Source: an uncultured Planktomarina sp.
GTDB taxonomy: Bacteria > Pseudomonadota > Alphaproteobacteria > Rhodobacterales > Rhodobacteraceae
Length of the DNA stretch: 64,000 nt
Reading direction: 5' to 3'
Assembly (NCBI GenBank): GCA_913047725.1
Contig: CAJWTH010000001.1
Coordinates: 91-64,090 of the forward strand
Under the pieces are notes generated by a model. The model was not told where the DNA came from. It worked only from the letters and a program-made list of their open reading frames with translations, and made no database searches. Each line of letters begins with the position of its first letter. Position 1 is the first letter of the stretch. A program made the translations under genes and the position numbers. Shown here in pieces: positions 13,557-23,190 of the stretch.

Positions 13557-14614
13557 TTTCGTTTATTGACGTGACCCATTTTTCGTCCAGGTTTTATTTC
13601 TTCTTTTCCATAAATATGCAGTGCGGCCGAAGATTTACATAACTCTGGTATGCGATTTATGTCTTCCCCAATCAAGTTCTCCATCGTTATGTCAGTGTGT
13701 CGGGATCCATCCCCTAATGGCCAGCCGGCAATTGCTCTGATATGCTGTTCAAATTGACAAATGTCACAGCCGTTTTGGGTCCAATGGCCTGAATTATGGA
13801 CCCGGGGTGCAATTTCATTGACCACCAAGCCATTTGGCGTAACGAATAATTCTACACCCATTACCCCAACATACTGAAGTGCGTTTAAGATTTTTCCCGC
13901 TAGTAGCGCTGCATCCACACGCTGTGGGGTACTTAGGGAGGAGGGTACCTTAGTCGTATGCAATATTCCGTCATGGTGAACATTCTCGCTAGGATCATAG
14001 CAAGACACTTCTCCGTCAACACTACGGGCAGCTATTACAGAAACTTCTTGGTTAAAGTCTATAAAACCTTCAAGTATAGAGGCAGACCCTTGCATTGTAT
14101 TCCAAGCAGTATGGATCTGTGTTGGTTTTGTGATCTTCACTTGACCTTTTCCGTCGTATCCCATTCTCCGGGTTTTTAAAATGGATGGAGTGCCAATTGA
14201 AGCTATGGCTGACACGGCCTCTTTATCATTCTCTACATTTGCAAAAGGGGCTGTCTGCAGTCCTAGGCTATTTAAAAAGTTTTTTTCTGCCAAACGATCC
14301 TGTGAAATGGCAAGGGCCCCGCGGCCTGGATAGATCGTACTCATATTTTCTAAAATATCCAAAGCAGATGTAGGAATATTTTCAAATTCATAAGTGATGA
14401 CATCTACGGCCTGCCCAAAGGCCTGTAACGCTTCCACATCGTCGTAAGAGGCAGTTGTTACATGTTGTGACACTCGCCCGGCAGGTGAATTTATGTTTGG
14501 CTCAAATATATGTGTGTTCATTCCCAGTCTGCTTGCTGCAAGTGAGAGCATACGTCCTAATTGGCCCCCACCTAAGATGCCAATTGTTGATCCGATTGGT
14601 AACTGGTTATCCAT
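13553..14614 (-). CDS. purK: N5-carboxyaminoimidazole ribonucleotide synthase
   Basis: [33 protein letters not shown]. Confidence 0.97.
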   Translation of the reverse strand: MDNQLPIGSTIGILGGGQLGRMLSLAASRLGMNTHIFEPNINSPAGRVSQHVTTASYDDVEALQAFGQAVDVITYEFENIPTSALDILENMSTIYPGRGALAISQDRLAEKNFLNSLGLQTAPFANVENDKEAVSAIASIGTPSILKTRRMGYDGKGQVKITKPTQIHTAWNTMQGSASILEGFIDFNQEVSVIAARSVDGEVSCYDPSENVHHDGILHTTKVPSSLSTPQRVDAALLAGKILNALQYVGVMGVELFVTPNGLVVNEIAPRVHNSGHWTQNGCDICQFEQHIRAIAGWPLGDGSRHTDITMENLIGEDINRIPELCKSSAALHIYGKEEIKPGRKMGHVNKRN

Positions 14615-15095
14615 CAGTAGGTTCGTGAGGGATGGACTCCGATAGTGCCAATCTCCACGCCTTTAATCGTTCGGCAATTGTATCATCTTGAGTTCCAAGA
14701 ATACTTGCGGCCATTAGGCCAGCATTTGCTGCGCCCGTAGTTCCAATAGCCATGGTAGCTACTGGGTAGCCTTTGGGCATTTGAAGTATTGAATATAGGC
14801 TGTCTACGCCGGCTAAGGCCTTGGTTTGTATTGGCACTCCGACCACAGGGATGTGCGTTTTGGACGCAATCATACCAGGCAAATGCGCTGCGCCTCCAGC
14901 GCCTGCAATGATTACTTTGAGCCCTCGCTCGGCAGCTGCTTTCCCAAACTCCCAGAGCCTGTCAGGTGTGCGGTGGGCGGACACAATTTTACGTTCAAAC
15001 TGTATCTCAAGTTCGTCCAGAATATTTGCAGCATGTCTCATTGTTGGCCAATCCGATTGGCTGCCCATGATTATTGCAATATCAACCATATCCAT
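14607..15095 (-). CDS. purE: N5-CAIR mutase
   Basis: [23 protein letters not shown]. Confidence 0.98.
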   Translation of the reverse strand: MDMVDIAIIMGSQSDWPTMRHAANILDELEIQFERKIVSAHRTPDRLWEFGKAAAERGLKVIIAGAGGAAHLPGMIASKTHIPVVGVPIQTKALAGVDSLYSILQMPKGYPVATMAIGTTGAANAGLMAASILGTQDDTIAERLKAWRLALSESIPHEPTDG

Positions 15096-15145
15096 ACCTC
15101 ATATGCCACATTCGCAGAGATCAGAACCTATCGAATTGCATAAGG

Positions 15146-15361
15146 TTAGGCAATAATATCTGGGGTAAGTTCATCTTCTAATCTACTTATGTGATCTTTA
15201 ATGTGCAGTTTTTTCTTTTTTAGCCGCTTCACTGCTAAGTGATCGATAGATTTTTCAGCTAGGACTGCGATAGCTAAATCTAAATCGCGATGTTCCTGAC
15301 GCAAAACTTCAAGTTCTATTCCCAACACTTCGTTGTGGTTCATTTCACTTGGCGGTTTCAT
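15146..15361 (-). CDS. DUF465/YdcH family small coiled-coil protein
   Basis: EHRDLD..RLKKKKL.KD.I..PDIIA. Confidence 0.85.
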   Translation of the reverse strand: MKPPSEMNHNEVLGIELEVLRQEHRDLDLAIAVLAEKSIDHLAVKRLKKKKLHIKDHISRLEDELTPDIIA

Positions 15362-15432
15362 GCTCTACCTTTTATATCTGAGATTTTATTGTAGCCTTTT
15401 TTTACTAATTTGAGAAGCTTTCACTTAGGTCT

Positions 15433-15558
15433 ATGAAAATAAAAATTAATAACAGAACTACTAATCGTTTTGTTGGCTTTTACATAAGATGGGTGGTTGC
15501 ATGTCGACCTTTAACGCGCTCTACCATAGGTAAGGCTGAAGAACGTGGCACTGAATGA
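15433..15558 (+). pseudogene. Relic of a small heat-shock protein (Hsp20/IbpA) gene with a large internal deletion
   Basis: 15488-15529 reads DGWLHVDL*RALP* (family C-terminus DGMLHIDLVREVPE). The frame from ATG 15433 has VGF at residues 14-16, as in the recalled Hsp20 N-terminus. Sits directly before DUF1150. Confidence 0.65.
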
Positions 15559-15568
15559 GGTTTAACTA

Positions 15569-15787
15569 ATGAAAGACCAGTTTGGCGTATTGGAAGATCG
15601 GATTGTTTATCTGAAACCTATAGATAAGGAGGATCTGCCCGACGAAGTTATTGATCAAACCGGAGACATAGAACAGCTTTGGTCTGTTCATAATTCTGAA
15701 GGAGAGCAGTTAGCTCTCATTGGAGATTTAGAGCAAGCTTACGACTTGGCTCGGGAATTCAGTTATTCTCCGATGACGCTCCATTAG
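15569..15787 (+). CDS. DUF1150 family protein
   Basis: RIVYLKP..DLP..LWSVH..GEQLAL..PMTLH. Confidence 0.85.
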   Translation: MKDQFGVLEDRIVYLKPIDKEDLPDEVIDQTGDIEQLWSVHNSEGEQLALIGDLEQAYDLAREFSYSPMTLH

Positions 15788-15814
15788 TGGCTCGCGATTT
15801 TGGCTCGTGTTCGA

Positions 15815-17518
15815 CTATGCTCCTATCAGTCCCATACTTTCGAGCTTTAGCAAAACTTGGTGCGCGCAATTATCGACTTCAACATTTTCTGTTTCCAAAC
15901 GCAAATCAGGGTCCAAAGGCACGTCATATGGATCTGAAATTCCAGTAAACTCTTTAATTTTTCCTGCCCTAGCAAGTTTATAGAGTCCCTTGCGATCTCG
16001 ACGTTCGCACTCCTCTATAGAAGTAGCAATGTGGACCTCTACAAATGCACCAAAGGCCTCGATGTCCTCACGGACGGCGTTGCGTGTGTTTGAGTAGGGA
16101 GCGATGGGCGCGCATATGGCAATGCCGCCATTTTTTGTGATTTCAGAGGCTACATATCCAATGCGTCGGATATTTAAATCCCGGTGTTCCTTTGAAAACC
16201 CCAGTTCAGAAGATAAATTCTTTCGGACTATATCGCCATCTAAAAGAGTGACAGGGCGGCCACCCATTTCCATCAACTTAATCATTAAGGAGTTGGCAAT
16301 TGTGGATTTTCCAGAGCCTGAAAAACCCGTAAAAAAAACTGTGAAGCCTTGCCTCGCCCGTGGTGGTCTTGATTTGCGCAATTCTGAAACAACATGGGGA
16401 AAGCTGAACCAATCAGGGATATCTAGACCCTCATTGAGCCGGCGGCGCAGTTCTGTACCTGAAATATTCAAAACAGTTGAGCCGTCGGCAACTTCATCAA
16501 TTGCTTCGTATTGTGCCCGCTCCTGCACATAGACCATATGTTTGAAGTCAACCATTTTAATTCCAATTTCGTCTTCATATAGCCGAAATAAATCTTGAGC
16601 ATCGTAGGGTCCGTAAAAATCATTGCCCGAAGAATTCTTACCTGGACCAGCGTGATCACGTCCAACAATGAAATGGGTGCAGCCGTGGTTGGCGCGTATC
16701 AAACCGTGCCAGACAGCCTCACGTGGCCCGGCCATGCGCATAGCCAGATTAAGTAGTGAAAGTGATGTAGTGGAGGAAGGGTATTGGTCTAACACGGCCT
16801 CGTAGCAACGAACTCTTGTGAAGTGGTCAATATCACCTGGTTTAGTTAACCCAACAACTGGGTGAATTAATAAGTTGGCCTGCGCCTCCCTTGCGGCCCG
16901 GAACGTAAGCTCCTGATGAGCACGGTGCAATGGATTACGGGTTTGAAATGCGACTATCCGATGCCAACCCATTTTACTAAAATAACTACGTAGCTCATTT
17001 GGTGTATTACGCCGCTCACGGAAATCGTAGTGAGTTGGTTTTTGGATTCCTGTAACCGGTCCGCCCAAGTAAATTGAACCAGCCTGATTATGTAAATAAT
17101 TTACGCTGGGATGGGCTAAATCATCAGCACCAAAAACTTTCTTTGCCTCATTAGCTTTGTCCGGCACCCATCTATCAGTAACTTTTATGGTTGCAAGGAT
17201 CACGCCCTCTTGATCACGCAGCGCTACATCTTCCCTGAGATCTAAATTTTCTGCAAATGCTGCTGTTACATCCAGATTAATTGGTATCGGCCAGAGGCTA
17301 CCATCTGTAAGCCGCATATTTTCCACAACATTATCGTAATCTGACTCGTTTAAAAATCCATTGAGAGGAGAAAACCCTCCATTCAGGAGTAATTCAAGAT
17401 CGCAGATTTGACGAGGTGTAAGGTCCCAGGAAGTTAGTTGAGCAGCTTCTACCTTTCTTTTCTGTGCTTCTTCGTAATCTAAATATAGCTCTTTGATGGG
17501 TGTTAAATTATTTCGCAC
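15815..17518 (-). CDS. sat: Bifunctional sulfate adenylyltransferase / adenylylsulfate kinase
   Basis: AFQTRNPLHRAH, GRDHAG, P-loop GFSGSGKST, FTGISDPY. Confidence 0.96.
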   Translation of the reverse strand: MRNNLTPIKELYLDYEEAQKRKVEAAQLTSWDLTPRQICDLELLLNGGFSPLNGFLNESDYDNVVENMRLTDGSLWPIPINLDVTAAFAENLDLREDVALRDQEGVILATIKVTDRWVPDKANEAKKVFGADDLAHPSVNYLHNQAGSIYLGGPVTGIQKPTHYDFRERRNTPNELRSYFSKMGWHRIVAFQTRNPLHRAHQELTFRAAREAQANLLIHPVVGLTKPGDIDHFTRVRCYEAVLDQYPSSTTSLSLLNLAMRMAGPREAVWHGLIRANHGCTHFIVGRDHAGPGKNSSGNDFYGPYDAQDLFRLYEDEIGIKMVDFKHMVYVQERAQYEAIDEVADGSTVLNISGTELRRRLNEGLDIPDWFSFPHVVSELRKSRPPRARQGFTVFFTGFSGSGKSTIANSLMIKLMEMGGRPVTLLDGDIVRKNLSSELGFSKEHRDLNIRRIGYVASEITKNGGIAICAPIAPYSNTRNAVREDIEAFGAFVEVHIATSIEECERRDRKGLYKLARAGKIKEFTGISDPYDVPLDPDLRLETENVEVDNCAHQVLLKLESMGLIGA

Positions 17519-17684
17519 TATGTCGCCTCGTTTTTACTGATACATTGAACCGATAGTTCAATTTGTTAATGGCCTAGTGTTTCTTATATTCATAGTAACT
17601 CGTATAATATACTTTGCTGCATTTTTTATGATTTTAAAAAAAGTAACAGAGGCTTATTGGCCAGTTTTATTTAAAGAATTAACG

Positions 17685-18629
17685 TCATTGATTTTGTTCA
17701 GCTAGCCAGCGTTCTGCCTCAAGGGCTGCCATGCATCCCATACCGGCGCTGGTAACTGCTTGGCGGTATTTGTGATCTGTAAGATCTCCAGACGCAAATA
17801 CGCCTGGAATAGAGGTTTCGGTACTATCGGGCTTTGTTACAACGTAGCCACCCATATGGGTTTCAAGAGTGTCTATAACCAACTCATTGGCAGGCGAATG
17901 GCCAATTGCTATAAATACACCTTTACATGGTATATTTGTGATCTCACCAGTTTTGGTGTGTTTGACTTTTACTCCCTCCACTCCAAGAGGTGCCTCTGAA
18001 CCATAAACCTCGTCAATTTCGTGAAACCACATCGGTTGAATTTTTTCGTTTTTCATTAAACGATTAATCAAGATTTGTTCTGCGCGCAGTTCGTCCCGGC
18101 GATGAATCAAAGTTACCTTTGAGGCAAAGTTAGTAAGAAATAAGGCCTCTTCGACGGCGGTATTACCTCCGCCAACCACTACGATCTCTTGGCCTCTATA
18201 AAAAAACCCATCACACGTGGCGCAGGCTGATACGCCAAATCCTTTAAATTTTTCTTCACTGGGCAATCCAAGCCATTGTGCTCGCGCGCCAGTAGCCAAG
18301 ATTATGGCATCACTAGTATAGACCGTGCCGCTATCCCCTTTTGCCTGAAAGGGACGTTCAGAGAGGTCAAGGCTGGTGATGATGTCTCCAATAATCTCGG
18401 CGCCCATATCTTTAGCATGAGCTTCCATCCGTATCATAAGGTCTGGTCCCTGGACTTCACTGTCGCCAGGCCAGTTTTCAACTTCGGTAGTTGTTGTGAG
18501 CTGCCCACCTGGCTCAATTCCTTGAACTAAAATAGGTTCCAACATCGCACGGCTGGCATAAACACCTGCCGTGTAACCTGCAGGCCCAGAGCCAATTATC
18601 AAGACTTTGGTGTGGCGACTATTTGACAT
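17685..18629 (-). CDS. trxB: Thioredoxin-disulfide reductase
   Basis: GSGPAGY, CATC active site, GGGNTA; ATG 18629 preferred. Confidence 0.98.
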   Translation of the reverse strand: MSNSRHTKVLIIGSGPAGYTAGVYASRAMLEPILVQGIEPGGQLTTTTEVENWPGDSEVQGPDLMIRMEAHAKDMGAEIIGDIITSLDLSERPFQAKGDSGTVYTSDAIILATGARAQWLGLPSEEKFKGFGVSACATCDGFFYRGQEIVVVGGGNTAVEEALFLTNFASKVTLIHRRDELRAEQILINRLMKNEKIQPMWFHEIDEVYGSEAPLGVEGVKVKHTKTGEITNIPCKGVFIAIGHSPANELVIDTLETHMGGYVVTKPDSTETSIPGVFASGDLTDHKYRQAVTSAGMGCMAALEAERWLAEQNQ

Positions 18630-18725
18630 GAGATTTCCTAAAAATTCAGTTATGAATTTCATATATACAGGGATTTTGTTTCGTAAAAGCCTAAACCGCG
18701 TAACAACCTATTGAACTGAAATTAC

Positions 18726-18762
18726 GAATTATTATTGCGTAATATTGAAATATTATTGCGTA
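18726..18762. repeat. Direct repeat GAAWTATTATTGCGTA x2 (21-bp period) in the trxB/lrp divergent promoter; candidate Lrp sites
   Basis: 18726-18741 gaattattattgcgta and 18747-18762 gaaatattattgcgta (15/16 identical). Confidence 0.6.
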
Positions 18763-18814
18763 TAGCCAGTTGTTTTGGTACGTTTCGTAATTATAACATG
18801 GGAATATAAATTGC

Positions 18815-19309
18815 ATGCACCGTTTGGATGACATTGATCGTATGATATTAGCTGAATTACAGGCAGATGGACGAATGACTAATGTTGAGTTGGCAAAGCG
18901 TGTTGGTATATCTGCGCCTCCATGTTTGCGGCGGGTACGAACTTTAGAAGAATCAGGTTATATTCGTGGTTATTATGCAAATATCAATGCACGTCAGTTG
19001 GGCTTTGAGGTGCAAGTATTTGCTATGGTGGGCTTGCAAAGCCAAGCAGAGGTGGATCTATCTGCTTTTGAAACGCGGTGTCTTGACTGGCCGTTTGTGA
19101 GGGAATGCCACATGCTTAACGGGGAAGTTGATTTTATCCTAAAGTGTGTGGCACCAGATTTATCTACTTTTCAAACGTTCCTGACTGAAGAGCTGACTTC
19201 GGCAGAAAACGTAGCTTCAGTAAAAACTTCTTTAGTCATTCGTGGCGCTAAAGCCCAGCCTGGTGTCCCATTTGAGGTTTTAGAGGATCGATTGTCTAAA
19301 CTTGCATGA
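18815..19309 (+). CDS. Lrp/AsnC family transcriptional regulator
   Basis: LQADGRMTNVELAKRVGISAPPCLRRV HTH plus RAM domain. Confidence 0.93.
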   Translation: MHRLDDIDRMILAELQADGRMTNVELAKRVGISAPPCLRRVRTLEESGYIRGYYANINARQLGFEVQVFAMVGLQSQAEVDLSAFETRCLDWPFVRECHMLNGEVDFILKCVAPDLSTFQTFLTEELTSAENVASVKTSLVIRGAKAQPGVPFEVLEDRLSKLA

Positions 19310-19311
19310 AA

Positions 19312-20073
19312 CTAGGGTTGAAGGCTTATGCAATTTATTAGCCTTCCATAATCAGGCTCTTTTAGGTGTGTGGAACGACGGTAGGAATAAAATTTCGTTG
19401 GGTTTGAATATGTGCAATGCCCAGTCCACGCAAATTGCTTAATATTTTCCTTCTTCAAGATTGATAGCCCGTAACCAGGTAAATCAAATTGATACCCGCC
19501 ATCTTTGTTTTGAACGAAAAAGTGAATAGCGTTGGGGTCGTTGGCACAAACTTCATCTAAGAAGTCAGGGCTGACTTCATAAGCCTTTTGGCTGATACAG
19601 GGACCGATAACCGCACAAATTTCTGAACGATCTGCACCCAGAGTTTCCATAGCTGCAATAGTATTTTGTAGTACTCCCAATTTTGTGCCCCTCCAACCTG
19701 CGTGAGCGGCGCCAATTACTTTTGCTTTTTTGTCATACATCAAAACTGGCTGACAATCGGCAGTTAGAATACTCAGAGTTAGGCCGGGAGTTGCAGTAAC
19801 CAATGCGTCGCCTTTTCGGTTCTTGGGCATTGGCGCGTCCAGAACAACCACATCAGAAGAGTGAATTTGGTGTAACGATTGTAATTGTATCTCAGTGTGT
19901 CCAAAGTACTCGGCAGTTGCGTCTCGGTTGGCTCTTACGTGGTTGGGATCATCGCTTGACCCTTGGCCACAGTTTAGGCCGCTGTAAAGTCCTGTCGAGA
20001 AACCCTTATCACGTGTAAAAAATCCATGTCGGGTGTGAGCCAAAAGTTCTGATTGCAATGGGACTAATGTCAT
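19312..20073 (-). CDS. pgeF: YfiH/PgeF family purine nucleoside phosphorylase / peptidoglycan editing factor
   Basis: HGFFTR, QIHS, TADC, HAGWRG, YSYRR; ATG 20073 preferred. Confidence 0.9.
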   Translation of the reverse strand: MTLVPLQSELLAHTRHGFFTRDKGFSTGLYSGLNCGQGSSDDPNHVRANRDATAEYFGHTEIQLQSLHQIHSSDVVVLDAPMPKNRKGDALVTATPGLTLSILTADCQPVLMYDKKAKVIGAAHAGWRGTKLGVLQNTIAAMETLGADRSEICAVIGPCISQKAYEVSPDFLDEVCANDPNAIHFFVQNKDGGYQFDLPGYGLSILKKENIKQFAWTGHCTYSNPTKFYSYRRSTHLKEPDYGRLINCISLQP

Positions 20074-20089
20074 TCGACTAGTTCTCGCA

Positions 20090-21145
20090 TTAGTGGTCAA
20101 CGCCAAGTGGTAATAAATCAGGGGTGGGAGCTATACCCATTACCTTAAACAAATTCCCCATTTCATTAGGGTGTGTAAGACGACGGTGAGCCGTGATATG
20201 ACTTTCTAAGTTTCTCCCTGTTAATTTCTGTGCCAAATTTTTAGCCCTTTGTGCAATGCCAAGCCGCTCTAAAAAAACACCCTGGGGTGTCAGACGTGAT
20301 GGGCTAGCCGGCTTTGCCGCGTCAAATATGGCTTCAAAATCAACGTGGGCGGTTATGTCTGATGTCCCTGGGTAGGTAAGTGGATTTACCATTTTATGGT
20401 TTGTAATAGCCTGAAATGTATCGCCGCTGGATCTCCAGTCTCCATAGTCAAAAATTAAAGCGGCACCTCCATGTGTGGCTATACGGCTAGAAATTTGTTT
20501 GATAATGGAGGGTAAAGCTGGACAATATTCAACAATATCGTCAACTTTTGTATCTTCTAGGCGTTGATTAAGAAAGCCGAATAGCTGTGGTGCCGCGCGG
20601 CCAAAAGTAAGTTTGTCTGGGCCCTCACCAATTAAACGTTCTTCCCAAGCAGTGGCAGCTCGGTGAAATTGGCGTATTGGAAGCGCATCGAAAAACTCAT
20701 TTGCAATCAAATAAATTGGTGCATTGGGCAAACTTAAAAGGTCAGAATGATGTGTGACGCTTTTGATTTCGTTGTTTTGCAATTTACGCATTTTTGACGA
20801 AATTTCTACAAAATGTATGGGAAGTCGATCGAAACCTGGAATAGCCGAGGATGCCCTTCTGAAATCCTTCATCAAGGTACCCCTTCCAGGCCCTAATTCT
20901 ACCAAAATTGCATCCTTGGGGCTACCTTGGGCTTGCCAGGCTGTTCCCAGTGATAATGCTATCATTTCACCAAACATTTGACTGATTTCAGGGGCTGTTA
21001 TGAAATCTCCCGCTGCTCCAAAAACGTTTTGTGTCGTATAATAACCGTATTTTGGATGCATAAGGCATTCGGCCATATAATCAGCCACATTTATTGGACC
21101 ATTTGTGGTGATCCGCGCCCGTAAAATATTAGCCAGGGGCGTCAT
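20090..21145 (-). CDS. NDUFAF7/MidA-family SAM-dependent methyltransferase
   Basis: GDFITAPEISQMFGE, ELGPGRGTL, NEFFDALP, DITAHVDF. Confidence 0.9.
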   Translation of the reverse strand: MTPLANILRARITTNGPINVADYMAECLMHPKYGYYTTQNVFGAAGDFITAPEISQMFGEMIALSLGTAWQAQGSPKDAILVELGPGRGTLMKDFRRASSAIPGFDRLPIHFVEISSKMRKLQNNEIKSVTHHSDLLSLPNAPIYLIANEFFDALPIRQFHRAATAWEERLIGEGPDKLTFGRAAPQLFGFLNQRLEDTKVDDIVEYCPALPSIIKQISSRIATHGGAALIFDYGDWRSSGDTFQAITNHKMVNPLTYPGTSDITAHVDFEAIFDAAKPASPSRLTPQGVFLERLGIAQRAKNLAQKLTGRNLESHITAHRRLTHPNEMGNLFKVMGIAPTPDLLPLGVDH

Positions 21146-22068
21146 TTAATTTGGGCTCTGTAGACTAGCCATACCCCAATCAGAACCATGGGTAATGATA
21201 AAATTTGGCCCATGGTTAAACCCCATTCGCCAAGTTGAATTACAAACCCAATTGGATTGTTCAAACTTTGAAAATGCGCATCAGGTTGCCTGACTAGTTC
21301 AACCAAAAATCGGGTTAAACCATAGCAAGTAGCGAATATTCCTGTGAGAAGGCCAGTTTTCCGCAAGGCTTTGGTTTTAAATACAAGGTACAGTAAAACA
21401 CAACCTAATATGAGACCCTCGCCAAGTGCCTCATATAATTGTGAGGGATGTCGCGCGCAAAAACCTGAGATTTCTTCGGCACAGGTCTGCGCACTGTTTC
21501 CAGGAAAAATAACCCCCCAAGGTAAATCAGTCTCTCTACCCCAAAGTTCAGCATTTATAAAATTAGCTAAACGGCCAAAAAACAGGCCAGCAGGTGCAGA
21601 GACCGCAATCAAGTCGGCCATCCGTGGAATAGAAATCTGGTATTTTCGGCAAAATATTAGGCCAGCCACAATTACGCCAAGAAAACCACCGTGGAACGAC
21701 ATGCCACCGTCAAAGACACGTAATGCAGCAATTGGGTCAGCTAGATATATTTGTGGTTTGTAAAATAATACATAGCCCATACGCCCGCCGACGATTATTC
21801 CAACTACCATCCATGTCATAAGATCGTCTAAGTTTTTTTCAGTAACAGCTGGCGTATTTTGCGGCCAAAGAAACGAACGACGAACGATTTGGCGCATTAA
21901 CCAAAACGCAAATATGATACCAAATACGTAAGCTAAAGCATACCAGTGGATCGCTAAATCAAAGCCACCCAGACTAAAAGCCTGGCCGTTCCAGCTAAAT
22001 GCCCACTCAGGTATGGGCAAAGAGAAAAGAACTGGTGAAATGTTAGGAAATGGAATCAATGAAATCAT
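21142..22068 (-). CDS. lgt: Prolipoprotein diacylglyceryl transferase
   Basis: GGMSFHGG, GRLANFINAELWGR, RHPSQLYE. Confidence 0.97.
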   Translation of the reverse strand: MISLIPFPNISPVLFSLPIPEWAFSWNGQAFSLGGFDLAIHWYALAYVFGIIFAFWLMRQIVRRSFLWPQNTPAVTEKNLDDLMTWMVVGIIVGGRMGYVLFYKPQIYLADPIAALRVFDGGMSFHGGFLGVIVAGLIFCRKYQISIPRMADLIAVSAPAGLFFGRLANFINAELWGRETDLPWGVIFPGNSAQTCAEEISGFCARHPSQLYEALGEGLILGCVLLYLVFKTKALRKTGLLTGIFATCYGLTRFLVELVRQPDAHFQSLNNPIGFVIQLGEWGLTMGQILSLPMVLIGVWLVYRAQIK

Positions 22069-22103
22069 GCCCTTATTTTTCTAGTGCTGCTTGTTAAGTC
22101 AAG

Positions 22104-22132
22104 CTTGAGGTTTTTTATTAAAGGGCCCATAT
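22104..22132 (+). promoter_or_regulatory. Candidate RpoH-type promoter upstream of ubiK
   Basis: CTTG-N18-CCCATAT about 40 bp before the ATG. Confidence 0.45.
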
Positions 22133-22171
22133 TGTATTTAAGGCGTAAAATCGCTGTTTAGGAGGCAAATT

Positions 22172-22429
22172 ATGCAGACCAAAAATAAATTCATGGATGA
22201 TATTGGCCAAATTATGACAAATGCAATGGGCGTCGCTCAGGGTGCTAAGGATGAAGCTGAAACAGCCCTGAAAGGCTTGGTAGACCGCTGGTTAGCGGAC
22301 CGGAACTTTGTCACACGTGAAGAATTTGAGGCAGTGCGAGGAATGGCCCAAAAAGCGAGGGAACAAAATGATGCCCTTTCGGCTAGGTTGGATGCTTTAG
22401 AGGCCATTAAGGTCAAAAAGAAGAAGTAA
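22172..22429 (+). CDS. ubiK: Accessory factor UbiK (BMFP family)
   Basis: FVTREEFEAV..AQKAR coiled coil, 85 aa. Confidence 0.85.
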   Translation: MQTKNKFMDDIGQIMTNAMGVAQGAKDEAETALKGLVDRWLADRNFVTREEFEAVRGMAQKAREQNDALSARLDALEAIKVKKKK

Positions 22430-22488
22430 TCCTTTAATTTACTCCAATACTTTTTAACTTTGTTAGATTTGCTAGTTAATTTCTCGTT

Positions 22489-22630
22489 TTATTCACAGAA
22501 AATCGACTTATCCACAGAAAATTTGCTGGACACAACTCTCTGTTGGGTACACCATACTTAGTAACAACAGAACCCGACAACACAAAATATTGTAACCAAT
22601 TCTAGTTTTGTTGAAATTTGTTGTGGAAAA
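22489..22630. promoter_or_regulatory. Cluster of DnaA boxes plus tandem NrdR-box-like sites upstream of ybjN
   Basis: TTATTCACA 22489, TTATCCACA 22508, TGTGGAAAA 22622 (reverse strand); ACACCATACTTAGTAA 22549 and ACACAAAATATTGTAA 22580, 31 bp apart. Confidence 0.6.
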
Positions 22631-22652
22631 TATATCCTCAAAGGGGACTGGT

Positions 22653-23156
22653 ATGGCATTCTCTGAAACGTTTTTTGATTTAGAAGATCTGCATCCAATC
22701 GACATTGTGCAGGACATGGCTGCGACCCAAGAATGGGAATTTGACCGCATTGGTGAGGATCAGATTTCCATGGCTGTTGAGGGCCAATGGCGAACATATT
22801 CTGTAACTTTAGCTTGGTCTGACGTAGACGAAACTCTACGTTTAATTTGTTCTTTTGATATGGAGCCCCCGGTCCACCGTATGAGTGACCTTTATACAGC
22901 ATTAAATGAAGTGAATGATAATTGTTGGGCTGGCAACTTTACCTACTGGGCTGATCAAAAATCAATGGTTTTTCGATATGGATTAATTTTGACAGGTGGA
23001 CAAATTCCTAGTTTGGATCAGATTGATACAATGATATCGACCGCCGTATTATCTTCAGAGCGTTACTACCCTGTCTTCCAAGTCGTTACTTGGGGTGAAC
23101 AAGATTTGAAACCTGCAATGCAAGTCGCCATTGCAGCAGCCTATGGCTCCGCTTAA
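22653..23156 (+). CDS. YbjN-domain protein (T3SS-chaperone-like fold)
   Basis: LHPIDIV..WEFDR..VEGQWRTY..ERYYPVFQ..AYGSA; ATG 22653 preferred. Confidence 0.8.
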   Translation: MAFSETFFDLEDLHPIDIVQDMAATQEWEFDRIGEDQISMAVEGQWRTYSVTLAWSDVDETLRLICSFDMEPPVHRMSDLYTALNEVNDNCWAGNFTYWADQKSMVFRYGLILTGGQIPSLDQIDTMISTAVLSSERYYPVFQVVTWGEQDLKPAMQVAIAAAYGSA

Positions 23157-23190
23157 CTGCCGTCCAGTATAGAACTTAGTAGGTCGAGAG

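Noticed and set aside
15501-15533. Mini-ORF MSTFNALYHR as a leader peptide
   Set aside because: No RBS or attenuator; the region is better explained as an Hsp20 remnant in another frame.
22430-22630. Chromosomal replication origin
   Set aside because: Only three DnaA boxes and no dnaA, hemE or parAB context; cannot be called without GC skew. Kept only as an alternative in the finding.
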